The notes: generated by a model from the sequence alone, not told the origin. 64,000 nucleotides of DNA from Octopus bimaculoides (GCF_001194135.2 NC_068981.1:176351701-176415700); one strand, 5' to 3'; shown: positions 26,846 to 39,314, counted from the first letter of the stretch. Numbers and translations are program-made.

Positions 26846-27763
26846 ACGCCTTATTAATAATAATAACAGTAGCGAAAATTTTAATGGTGGGAGGGGAATT
26901 CTTTATGAAAGGAAATGAACCAAGATCTTGTGGCCAGGTCTCAGTTCTGAACACAGGGCTGAAAGATGCAGAATCAACTCAAGTCATTGTGATGATCAAA
27001 CTATCACCTCAGATTCTCATTCACAGTTCCAGCAGATTCAAATGCAAATATTCTAGTCATGTTGTGTATGTCACAGCAGCTTCAAATACCAACCAATATG
27101 CTGGTTATTATGCACCACACAGGAGAACAGGTTTTTTTTTTTACCTTTTTACAATGAACAATGTATTCATAACACACTTGATTTATTAGTACAAGGGATT
27201 CTGGATCATGTGTGCTTCAATATGTTGAGTCTTGTGAACCAGAAGTGCCCAGACCCTTCGAGCCTAAAATGGCCACTGGCTTCCTTGTTGATTTTTGCAG
27301 ATGAATACTTCACTCATCAGTGCTTATAGCTACCAACCAATGAAAAACATTCATTATTTGTACTGAGTACAGTGAAATTTAAAATGATAACTTATATAAT
27401 TACTTTTGTGATGTTCCAGCAGATTCAAATGTCTATATGCTAGTTGCTGTTTTATATATCAAAAGAGAACAATGTTTCCTTTTAATACCTACAATGTCTT
27501 CAGAACACACTTGGCTCACTGGTGCAAGAGATATTGAGAGTGTGTTATGAACACACTGTTGTTATAAAAGCAAGTTGTTCTCCTGTAATGCACACAAAAG
27601 CAACAAGCTTATTGAGTTTGAATTTGTGGCAATATATTAACTATAAATATGCAAATTATTGTTTGATATATTCAGCTTTTCATGCCAGAACATTGCTTTC
27701 TTTGAGATGGTCAGTGTGATGCCCTTTATTTCTAACCATAGTGCCAAATAAAACAAATTGTTG

Positions 27764-27825
<62 letters not shown>

Positions 27826-28099
27826 CCCCAGTAGTTTTATTTTTATAACGTGCTTTCACTTCACTACCGAGCGCAGCTCTGTGTGCCTTGGGTATGTGCT
27901 GTGGTTTGCTGTGGTGCTCTTATGGTTACTGTATTGGAAGTGTTTTGCGTAGGATGTGTGCAGTGCCTAGTAATGCAATTTTCTGTATGTTATATATATT
28001 TGTAAGTCCTGGTGTTTTTGTTATGTATTTGTCTGAATATCTTTTTATCATACCTAAGGTGCCTACTATGATAGGAATTGTTTCTGTTTTTAGATTCCA

Positions 28100-28102
<3 letters not shown>
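27826..28102 (-). mobile_element. 5'-truncated R4/Dong-like non-LTR retrotransposon 3' end inserted in (TAA)n
   Basis: Encodes MWNLKTETIPIIVGTLGMIK...IQKIALLGTAHILRKTLPIQ*, resembling the C-terminus of the restriction-like endonuclease of R4-clade elements; short 3' UTR; pure (ATT)n on both sides. Confidence 0.8.
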
Positions 28103-28172
<70 letters not shown>

Positions 28173-28525
28173 GGTGAGCTGGCCAAATCATTAGCATGCT
28201 GGATGAAATGCTTAGCAGTATTTCGCCTGTTACAATATCTTTCCTAATGCCAACCACTCCGAGAGTGTAGTGGGTGCTTTTACGTGCCACCAGCATGAAG
28301 GCCAGTCAAGCGGTTCTGGCAATGACCACGCTCAAAAGGTGATTTTTATGTGCTACCTGCATGGGAGCCAGTCTGGTGGCATTGGCAACGACCACACTCG
28401 AATGTTGTTTTTCATGTACCTGGTAAGGTGACACTAGCAATGATCATGCTCGGATGTGCTTTAACATTCCACTGGTACGAATGCCAATCAGGCGGTACTG
28501 TCATTGTGTATATATATATATATGT

Positions 28526-28556
<31 letters not shown>

Positions 28557-28564
28557 TAGATATA

Positions 28565-29336
28565 CTTAGTCTGATCAATAGGTATCTGGATTGTTGCCAT
28601 AGTAACGAAGCTAAAGCATGTAAAGTGAAGCCCCTTGACACAGACTGACCATGAGCTCTGCAGTGCACGTGCACAAAGTTTTAACATTCTAGTTCATTTC
28701 CGCTGTTTACAGCAGTGCTTGGAAGGAAGGTGTGTAGCGTGTGATCATCTCATTACCATGACAGAGAAAGTTGAGCAAAGAATCTGTATCAAATTTTGCC
28801 AAAAAGCTTGGTGATACCTGCTCAGAGGTCTACACAAAGCTTTCAAAAAGTTTCATCGTTCTCAACACAATCAAGATGTTGAGCAACTGAAACCCAAATG
28901 TCTTTTTGGTCAGCTGAAAGCAGTTTGGGCACAAACTTGGTAGATATGCACTTCATGCCCAAATCTTCAGTGATAATAGACTGAACTGAACTGTAACTAA
29001 TCTGCACATCTTCTGATAATTCACTGATGGTGATTCAATGATTTCCTCTCACAGCTGCATGCATATCTGTGATGTTTTTCTCAGTTCTGCTGGTTGTGGG
29101 GCTCCCAGAACATTCGGCAATATCGGCATTTTTTCAGCTACTTTGGGAATGTCTGAACCACTCAAACATCTTGGAAATGTCTGAACCACTCAAGCAATGC
29201 TGTAAACAGTGGAATGTTAAAACTTGGTGATCATTCACAGCAGAGTTCAAGGTCAATCTGTGTCAAGCAGCCTTACACTATGTGCTTTAGCTTCTTTACT
29301 ATGGCAACAGTTCAGATACTTGTTGATCAGACCTCG
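28565..29336. mobile_element. Non-autonomous mariner derivative built from two inverted 5' ends (772 bp)
   Basis: TA at both ends; about 160-bp inverted repeats; plus-strand N-terminus MTEKVEQRICIKFCQ (ATG 28758); minus-strand FEWFRH...ITISELSEDVQISYSSVQSIITEDLGMKCISTKFVPKLLSADQKD. Confidence 0.88.
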
Positions 29337-29699
29337 TATACACACACACACACACACACAGGCACATTTATATATACTTACACTTCCACATGCATACGGA
29401 GGCAAACGTGCACATGATCATGGATGCAAATGAAACACATGCACACAGATATACACTACCAAATGATGAAGGAATGCAACATTAATGTCATCAAAGCCGA
29501 AATATTTTTATCGTTTGTTTTTATTTTCCCTTTATAGCTAAATATTTATAACAGACTAAATTCTGTTCCATACAGCAATCATGTGTTGAAGATTTCATTT
29601 CAAAGGGACTGTATGAGTTTAGTTGACATTTTCTGAGATTTATTTTCCACAAAATTAATCCTATTTATTCACATGTTATGACTAAAAATGTAGTATTTG

Positions 29700-29718
29700 T
29701 TATAAGTGTTATTGTTAG

Positions 29719-29784
<66 letters not shown>

Positions 29785-29807
29785 TATTATTATTATCATC
29801 ATCCTTA

Positions 29808-29853
<46 letters not shown>

Positions 29854-29870
29854 CATCATCATCATCATTG
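29700..29870. repeat. (ATT)/(ATC)n microsatellite
   Basis: Direct reading. Confidence 0.95.
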
Positions 29871-30224
29871 TTCTTGTTATTGTTGACTTTGTTCTAGTTT
29901 CTATAGCATTATATAACCAGCAACACACAGTGACATTTTGATATTGTTGGGGGACAGTAGATATATATTGTCAGTCCAGATGAAACGACTCCGTAGCGTA
30001 ATTGATAGTCAAACAAATCTGTTTGTTGATATGAGTCTACAAATGTGGCAGCATTTACATTTCAACCCACCTCTGGATTTCCTCCAGATTAACAAGATTT
30101 AAATAAAATATAACTCACTGAGAGGTCACATGATCATATATACAATCACATACAGACTCACATGCAATCGTCCCGCACTGTTTTGCATTACACTGCAGTT
30201 TATATGTATATAGACATGTAGCTC

Positions 30225-30400
30225 AAATTTACAAAAGACAAAAGATGAAGACAGGTGAGGGAACCACAAGCAAGTGTATTAGTTTGATGCTTGAGAAGAA
30301 TGGAAAAGTCTTTGATGTTTCGAGCCTATGCTCTTCAACAGCAAGGGTTGAGAAGGAAAAAAATAGAGAGAAAGAAAAAAATGTAGGGATTAATGGTTCA
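30225..30400 (-). mobile_element. Penelope-like remnant with hammerhead-like motif (copy 3 of 3; motif at 30309-30346)
   Basis: CTGTTGA-A-GAGC-ATAG-GCTC-GAAAC-ATC-AAAGA; flanks homologous to copies 1 and 2. Confidence 0.55.
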
Positions 30401-30436
30401 TCTATATACATATATGTGTGTGTGTATGTATGTATT

Positions 30437-30837
30437 TCATCATCATCATCATCATTGTTTAACGTCCACTTTCCATGCTAGCATGGGTTGGACGATTTGA
30501 CTGGGGACTGGCGAACCAGGTGGTTACATCAGGCTCCAATCTGATTTTGCAGAGTTTCTACAGCTGGATGCCCTTCCTAACACCAACCACTCCGAGAGTG
30601 TAGTGGGTGCTTTTACATGCCACCGGCATGAAGGCCAGTCAGGCAGTACTGGAAACAGCCATGCTCAAAATGGTGTATTTTACATGCTACCTGCACAGGA
30701 GCCAGTCCAGCTGCACTGGCAACGATCTCGCTCAAATGTCTTTACACGTGCCACCAGCACAAGTGCTAGGAAGGCGACGCCAGGCACAGATACTATCATA
30801 ATTTCACTTTTGCTTGCCCTAGAGAGAGAGAGAGAAA

Positions 30838-30891
<54 letters not shown>

Positions 30892-31285
30892 TATAGATAG
30901 ATAGATAGATACATTGATATATACAAGTATGTTGCACCTGCACAAGTGCTTTTTATATGACGCCAGCAACAGTGGGGTTGCCAAATAGCTTGCAAGAAAA
31001 CTAAGAGGTCTTTGTCCATGCAAGTTACTTGGCAACCCTGCTAGTGCTGGTGACAAATAAAAAGCACCTGTCCTGGTGCCACATAAAAAACACCTGAGCT
31101 GGTGTGATGTAACAAGCACCCAGTATGCTATTTAAAGGATTTGGCATTAGGAAGAGCATCCAGCTATAGAGACCATGGCAAACAGACAAATGGATCCTGA
31201 TGCAGCTCTCTGACTCACCAGCTCCAGGCAAACTATCCAACACAGGCCAGCATGGATAGCAGATGCTAAATCATGATGATGATGG

Positions 31286-31290
<5 letters not shown>
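30437..31290. mobile_element. Inverted pair of family C elements (minus about 30437-30790; plus about 31040-31290)
   Basis: Family motifs, tails pointing outward. Confidence 0.8.
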
Positions 31291-31326
<36 letters not shown>

Positions 31327-31456
31327 GTGGTGATGGTGGTGGTGGTGGCGGTGGCGGTGGCGGTGGTGGTGATGATGATGATGATGATGATGATAACAAT
31401 GATGATGATGATGATGATAATGATGATGATGGTGGTGGTGGTGGTGGTGGTGGTGG

Positions 31457-31495
<39 letters not shown>

Positions 31496-31828
31496 CGACG
31501 AATACAACGTTAATGCAAATTGACAGCTATAGATATATATATATATATATATACACACACAAATGTGCATGTGTACTTAGTCCATGTGTTCAGAAGCTTT
31601 ATCTGTACTACATTTCCACTTTATTTATCAATAATAAAATTTGTTTAATAGTCACACACCTATTTGGTCAGAGATAAGGAGTGATTTTACTTCCCGGCCA
31701 CCATTTAATGGGCGAGTATGACGCAAGAATCACACTTCCATCCACCCACCCACCTCAAAACACGCCAACATTTCACTCCTCCTTTTCCTCCATACACAGC
31801 AACATGGGATTTTTCATTCATGAATATA

Positions 31829-32005
31829 GGCACAGGCGTGGCTGAGTGATACGAAGCTTGCTTCTCAACCACATGGTTCAAGGTTCAGTCCCCCTTTCAT
31901 CCTTTGGGACTCAACAAAATAAGTACCAGTTGAGTACTGGGGGTCAATGTAATTGATTAATCCCCATCCATCGAATTGCTGGCCTTGTGCCAAAATCTAA
32001 AATCA
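31829..32005 (+). mobile_element. Chimeric SINE: family A head fused to family B body and tail
   Basis: GGCACAGGCGTGGCTGAGTG...GGTTCAGTCCC joined directly to CTTTCATCCTTTGGG...AATAAGTACCAGTTGAGTACTGGGG. Confidence 0.75.
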
Positions 32006-32010
32006 TTATA

Positions 32011-32050
<40 letters not shown>

Positions 32051-32178
32051 GCTGGATGCCCTTCCTAACGCCAACCACTCTGAGAGTGTAGTGGGTGCTT
32101 TTATGTGCCTCGTGCTGGTGGCACGTAAAAGCACCCACTACACTCTCGGAGCAGTTGGCGTTAGGAAGGGTATCCAGC
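32051..32178. repeat. Fold-back palindrome of family C sequence
   Basis: 59-bp arms (32051-32109, 32120-32178), 10-nt loop, few mismatches. Confidence 0.9.
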
Positions 32179-33722
32179 TGTAGAAACTCTGCCAGATCAG
32201 ATTGGAGCCTGGTGTAGCCATCTGGTCCACCAGTCCTCAGTCAAATCATCCAACCCATGCTAGCATAGAAAGTGGATGTTAAACGATGATGATGATGATG
32301 ATGATGATATTTTTTGAATTCAAATTCCACTGAAGTTAACTTTGCTTTTCATTCTTTCAGGGTTGAGAAAATAAGTACCAGTTATGCACTGGAGTTGATG
32401 CAATTGACTTAGCCTCTCTCACAAAATTACTGACCTTGAGCCAAAATTTACAGAGTGTTTGCTGTTAGGAAGGGCATCCAGCCATAGAAACCATGCTAAA
32501 ACAGACACAGAGGTCTGGTGCAGTCTGCCTGGCCAGCTCCTGTCAAACTGTCCAACTCATGCCAGCATGGAAGGCAGACATTAAGAGACAATTAAGATGA
32601 TGATGCTTACCCTAGTTCAGCCCTGATTGAGTAAATCTATTTTCAAAGGTGTTCAAAAGTGCTCCATCCATAAGAATCCTCTCTTTTTGTGTACCTGTCC
32701 TTTCCTTCTAAAACAGACAGGCACGAGTTGAGGGAATTTAGCTGTTATTTCTAGCAGGTCAGACATTCAAATAGAAACTTCACCAGTTTATTGTTATTGT
32801 TGTTACAATTGTTAAAATTATTGTTGTTGTTGCTGTTTTATTTTGATTCGTATATTTGATCTTCATATGATTTTTACTACCTAACATTTAAAATTCCAAT
32901 TTAATCTGATTGAATGAATGCTTGCGAAGAATGAGGCAATAATTTTTTTTCTTGTAAAGGTGGTCAAAAAAATAGACAGCTGCAAAAGATAGCAAATAAA
33001 ATAAAATACTATAAAATTAAAATAAAATGTTAAAAAAAAAAATTGAATTTTCTAAGGGATAAATTTTCAGTACAAAGGAAACCCAGGAGAAAGAATTACT
33101 GACAATATTACAAATTAATGTTTTCAAAGAAAAGTTTTAAGGACTCGTTTTTTTTTTTTTTTGTTATGGAGGGTGAGAACTATTTCACAAATCACACACA
33201 TACACAACAAATATACACTCACACATGCATATATGTACACATATATATGACGTTTCCCTTTTGTTATCTTAGTTCCTTATCTTTCGCTTCAACTTTCACA
33301 CCAACGAACAGATGAACAGAAAGATTAAGATTATTAGACAGAGACACAGAGAGAGAAAGAACTTAGTCAGGAAGGGAAGAAGCTAGTCGGAAGAATTGGC
33401 TAACAAACAATGAGAATCCAGAGTGTCTGGATGTTTCTCGCAGATGCGAGGTAATGTTAAATGAACAGACAAAAATAAATAACCATATGAAAAAAATAAA
33501 CAAATACATAATTAATAAGGTTTACTAGAAGTGATGATTAACTATTTAGTTTAGTAAAAACCTTTCTGATGACTGGTGTTGGTAATATTGATTTTTAGTA
33601 TTTCCATTGGTTCAAAGCCATAAATATATCAGGAAGAAAAGGTTGACTGGATTGATTTCCAATATGTGTATGTGCATGTGTGTGTGTGTGTGTGTGTGTG
33701 CTTGCATGCATGCGTGTGTGTG

Positions 33723-33767
<45 letters not shown>

Positions 33768-34432
33768 ATGTGTGCATGTGTGTATTTGTGTGTGTGTAAC
33801 CATTCCAAGCTGATAGAACATCAGTCAATTCATAACCATTATGTTCCCAGGTTCCTTTGGACATCTTTTGTACCATGTTAGACAAAGAGTTTCTAGATAT
33901 CTAAAGGAGTTCCACCCCTACTCAAAGCTATCAAATACTAGTTATACTAAGGGCCACTAAGCCTTGAAGGTACCAATGTCGCCTACCTTGCTTTTCATGT
34001 CCAGGACTACTGACTTACTATCAAAATCTAAAAAGATCATGCTTATCGCTAGATCCAGGCCTTTCCAAAACAGCAGTACCTCACCACTTGATCACAGATG
34101 ATTGAAAGATGTAAAAAAAAAAAGATTCTTGTTATTGGCTGGAAAGAAATCAAATGAGTGCATCTACAAAATTCTTGTCTCACTGATGTCTACCCAATCC
34201 AGAAGAAGTGCCCTGATGTCATTAAAAGAAGTGTCCCTGTATCCAAACAGACACCAAGCCACATACAATTATACCACTTATTCTTAGCTTGGCCATCTCA
34301 GAAGGAACAGAGGAAACTAAAAAGAAAAGATGGAAAAGAGTATATTTATTTAGATATATTTTCTGAATGATTTATATATTCCTGTCTTTTGGGTGATGGA
34401 CTGTATCATCAAAATGTACACTGATTTCTGAC

Positions 34433-34634
34433 CGGGTGAAATGCTTAGTGGTATTTCGTCTGCTGCTACGTTCTGAGTTCAAATTTTGCCGAGGTCGACT
34501 TTGCCTTTCATCCTTTCAGGGTCGATTAAATAAGTACCAGTTACGCACTGGGGTCGATATAATCAACTTAATCCGTTTGTCTGTCCTTGCGTGTCCCCTC
34601 TGTGTGTAGCCCCTTGTGGGTAGTAAAGAAATAA
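34433..34634 (+). mobile_element. SINE family B
   Basis: B box GAGTTCAAATT, core GCCTTTCATCCTTTCAGGGTCGATTAAATAAGTACCAG, tail GTAAAGAAATAA. Confidence 0.9.
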
Positions 34635-35517
34635 CACACACACACACACACACATACATACATTCATACTCACACACACAGATATACATACATGCATACA
34701 TACATACATACATACATACATACATACATACATACATACATACATACATGCAGACACACCCCTTTATAAATTATTCATGATACAAAAAAAATATCTACCT
34801 CTTCAGACAAAAAAATTTCAGCCATACATCTTCATATTTTTTTTTTCTATATTTAATTATATATATATTTTTAAAATCCTATTACAATTTTCAACTAGAA
34901 TTTTCATCAATTTTTCAACTAGAATTTTCATCCTTTTTGTTTTAATCTTGTTTCCTTGAGTTTGAATCCTTTCTGACATAAGCACACACACACACACACA
35001 CACACATACACTCTCAGACACACTCACACACACACACACACTCACACTCACTCATATACACATATATATTCATACACATCCATAGATATACTCATAATTG
35101 CTCTCTGCAATTCTAATAGACATAAGTACATCAAGTCCTTTAACATCTTTATTCATGTTAATTTTTTAACACAAACACATACACACACACATATACATAC
35201 ACACACATATATATATACACACACATAAATATATATACACACATATATATACATACACAGATACATGCACATATATATATATATAAATATATATNNNNNN
35301 NNNNNNNNNNNNNNNNNNNNNNNNNNNNNNNNNNNNNNNNNNNNNNNNNNNNNNNNNNNNNNNNNNNNNNNNNNNNNNNNNNNNNNNNNNNNNNNNNNNN
35401 NNNNNNNNNNNNNNNNNNNNNNNNNNNNNNNNNNNNNNNNNNNNNNNNNNNNNNNNNNNNNNNNNNNNNNNNNNNNNNNNNNNNNNNNNNNNNNNNNNNN
35501 NNNNNNNATACATATGT

Positions 35518-35565
<48 letters not shown>

Positions 35566-36199
35566 CACACAAACAAGAGGGAGAGTAAGTATATGAAGGT
35601 ATTTATATTCTAATTGCTAGTGTAATTTCTGTTAATCAAAAGACTTTTCCCTTGCTATATTGCATATTTGAGACACTGCCATATGTATGTGTGTATTTAC
35701 CATACAGAGTACTCTCCTGAAGTCTCTTCCCTCGACCATTTCTGTGCAGGAGAGGAATTCACTATACAATCAAATGACTCTCAGTTTGATCTCACACATC
35801 CTCTGCAAAGAGTATTTTGCATAATTAAAAAAAAAAAAAATGAAAGGCAAAAATAACTCAAAGAATTGAAAGAGACAGAATTAAGATAGAGAAAATGTCA
35901 GGCAAGATGCCACACACCTCCTCAACTGCGAAGGCGTATAAACAACTGACAATGAATACTAAGTCCTTCATTGGTGAAAAATGTATCATTTGTCACAGAG
36001 AAGTGATGAGTGATCTTAGGATGAGCACTAGATGGACTCAGTGACACAATCCAAGTTGGAGATGGAAGATATTGAAGCTGAAAGATCCTTCAATCTGACG
36101 TAAGTTCTAAGAAATATTTGCTGATCCATGAGGAAATGATAGAGGTTTACGGCATAGGGAATTAGTGAGGGTTGCCAGAAAATAATCTGCGGTGAGGGA

Positions 36200-36665
36200 A
36201 TAAAAAACAGATATGTGGTTGGAGCAAGATTCCAGCTTGAGAAAAGGTAACATGGTGGTGTTTGTGCTTAGCTGGGGTACTGTCAATGCTCTCTTTGTAA
36301 TGAGACTGCAAGAAAAATTCTTCACAAACAGTAAGCTACTATATATAGCATTTGTTGACCTAGAGAAGGTCTTGGATAGAATTTTGCATTCCATAGTCTG
36401 GTTGTTGCTAAGAAAACTCAGCATAGATGAATGGTCTGTGAGAGCCATACAAACCATCTACAGACATGCCATTAAGAAAGTGAGAGCAAAGAAAACCACA
36501 AAGAATTTAGCATGCATATAGGTGTCCAACAAGGCTCAATTTTTAGTACCCTCCTGTTTATTACAGTTCTCAAGGTAATATATAGATGAGCTTAAGTCTT
36601 GATGACTGTAGGAACCTCTGTAGACCAATGACCAAAGTCTCATATCTAAATCTATTGAATCAAAG
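36200..36665 (+). pseudogene. Decayed reverse-transcriptase fragment of an RTE-clade LINE
   Basis: GTVNALFVMRLQEKFF...LYIAFVDLEKVLDRILHSIVWLLLRKLSIDEWSVRAIQTIY, then after a frameshift GVQQGSIFSTLLFITVL, matching LINE RT motifs AFVDLEKAFD and GVxQGSxLSPLLF; YADD eroded. Confidence 0.88.
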
Positions 36666-36849
36666 TATCAGAGAAAAAGCTACTGAGAAACTTGAGTCAT
36701 GAGAAAATAATTCAATTTAAGTGGCAAACAAAAATCTTTGATGTTTAATAGTATGTAACACTCATACAAAATAAAACAAAAGTGAATATAATGTTATATG
36801 CACGTGCTTTAAATGACTCTACCACAATACCTTTGTTTCAGTTGGTATC

Positions 36850-37037
36850 AGTGGCATGTACAAGCACCCTTTTCACTCTCGGAGTGGTTGGCATTAGGAA
36901 GGGCATCCAGCTGCGGAAACCGTGCCCAATCAGACTGGAGTCTGGTGCAGCAGCCCCTCAGCTTGCCAGCCCTGGTCGAAATGTCCTACCCATGACAGCA
37001 CAGACGATGGACGTTAAACGTTGACGATCTGATGATG
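36850..37037 (+). mobile_element. Family C retroposon 3' end
   Basis: Family motifs and degenerate GAT tail. Confidence 0.8.
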
Positions 37038-38084
37038 AGTCAGTATGATCTTCACATCTTAAACTGTCAAAATAACCCTCATAAGACCAAAATTTTTGCA
37101 GTAAAATTAAATACTTATAAATACAACACTGTATATTTGTTTATTCATTAAGAAATTAATTAATGCATCAACATAGAATGAAAATTTTAAAATAAATGTT
37201 CAATATGAGAATGCTATTAAAAATGGAAATGGGATATTGAAAATAGCAACCAGATACAATTATGATGTGAGCAATCAGAATTAACCAATATTATAATTAT
37301 TTGGCTAGAAATTAAGAGAATTTTATAACATTAACAGTTTACTATTTTGCAATAAAGTGCCAATTACTATTTTTAGAAAACTTCCCTTTTTTTTATTGTT
37401 TGTTCATAATGTTTTTAATGTTATTTTTTTTTTTTTTAGATTAGGGAGATTTCATATATTTTTCTAAATTTTAAAATTTTCTTTGGTTGATAAATTTTCT
37501 CAAATTATATATTTTTTTTTTTTTAAAATTAAGTGTATTAGTGTATAGTTATAAAAGACAAAATAATGTTGATAATTTGTTATTACATTTAATTTATTAT
37601 TATTATTATTATTATCTTTTTTTTTTCTCCCTTGTGTCTTGAGTTACCTGATGCAGAAATGTATTACAAATTAAACTTCAATTGCCTTTATGTGAAATGT
37701 TTGAGAGAAGAAACAACTAGGACAACAAAAGTATTGATGATGATGATGATGGTGATGATGATGACGATGATAATGATGATGATGATGACACCGACGACGA
37801 CGTTGACGAGGATGATGATGTTGATGATAATGATGATGATGATGACTTTGATGACAATGATAATGGCAATGATGGTGATGATGATGATGATGATGATGAT
37901 GAGGAGGAGGAGGAGGAGGAGGAGGAGGAGGAGGAGGAGGAGGAAGTTTGTCAGGGTGATGATAACAATGATGATGATAAGATGAAATATAACAATGATG
38001 CTTTCTTTTGATTTTTTGATTGTTTTTACTTCATTGAATAACTCCACTAATAACAGCAACTGTTTGTAATATAAAGTCAAAGCC

Positions 38085-39170
38085 AGAAATTATTGAGAAG
38101 GGGAATGGTTGATTTTATTAACCCCAGAAGTTAACTGGTACCCTGTTATATAGACTCTGGGGGCATAAAGAGTAAGGTTGGCTTCAGTGAGATTTGAACT
38201 CGGAATGTAAATACAGCAAAATATTCTGTCAGTTGCTCTAATTATTCTGCAATAGGCCTCACCAAGGCAATGACTAGTGACTGAGACCTTTGGAAATATG
38301 CTATGTGTGAGAAGACCCGGCAAGCCAAGTGAGACCATAACCCGTGGCCTATGCCAGGAGTGTAACCAGCCCACTTATGTGTACCTTTCCTTTATTGGAC
38401 ACTAAACTCTGCTTGCAAAGACCTGTTGAGGCAAGTGAAATTGAAATCGAATCAAATTTGATGACTGGCACCCATGCCAGTGGAGTGCTAAGAGCACCAT
38501 CCAAGCATGATCATTGCCAGGGGTTGATAATATGGTAGTGATGCACATGCCTGGTGTACCCTTATCAGACGGGTAGTCAGGATGGGTATGCTGGGCTTCA
38601 TATATTTTACCCCAGTATCACTTTGATGGCATGCACCCCGCTCTCACTCAATAATAATAATAACAATAATAATCCTTTCTACTATAGGCACAAGGCTTGA
38701 AATTTGGGGGAGAGGGATAATCAATTACATCAACCCCAGTGTTTCACTGGTACTTAATTTATCGACCCAGAAAGGATGAAAGGCAAAGTTGACCTTGGCA
38801 GAATTTGACCTCGGCAGAATTTGACCTCGGCAGAATTTGACCTCAGCAGAATTTGACCTCGGCAGAATTTGACCTCAGAAGGTAGCAATGGGCAAAATAC
38901 TGCTAAGCATTTTGCCCAGTGTGTCTACAATTCAACCAGCCTACCACTTTTAATCCTTTCTACTATAGACACAAGGCCTGAAATTTGGGGTGGGGGGAAG
39001 GATTAGTTGATTACATCGGTCCCAACTGGTACTTCTTTTATCAACAATCCTGAAAGGTTGAATGGTAAACTTGACCTCAGCAGTATTTCATCTCAGAACA
39101 TAAAAACAGACAAAATGCTACTAAGCATTTTGTTTGGCATGCTTAACAATTCTGCCAGCTTGTCACCTTA
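38085..39170. mobile_element. Cluster of three minus-strand family B copies plus a family C-related internal module (38270-38520)
   Basis: B motifs at about 38085-38270, 38670-38950 and 38955-39170. Confidence 0.75.
38791..38880. repeat. 16-bp tandem repeat (5.6 copies) inside a family B SINE
   Basis: Unit GACCTCGGCAGAATTT starting at 38791, 38807, 38823, 38839, 38855; partial at 38871. Confidence 0.95.
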
Positions 39171-39174
39171 ATAA

Positions 39175-39203
39175 TGATCATGATGATGATGATGATAATA
39201 ATA

Positions 39204-39246
<43 letters not shown>

Positions 39247-39314
39247 TAATAATAACAATAACAACAACAACAACAACAACAACAACAATAATAAAAATAA
39301 TGAAGATAATGATG

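Noticed and set aside
33830-34360. Decayed coding sequence
   Set aside because: Unique and moderately GC-richer, but every frame has stops and I recognise no motif.
38791-38880. CRISPR-like or iteron array (also the family C modules)
   Set aside because: No unique spacers, eukaryotic context, and the unit derives from SINE sequence.
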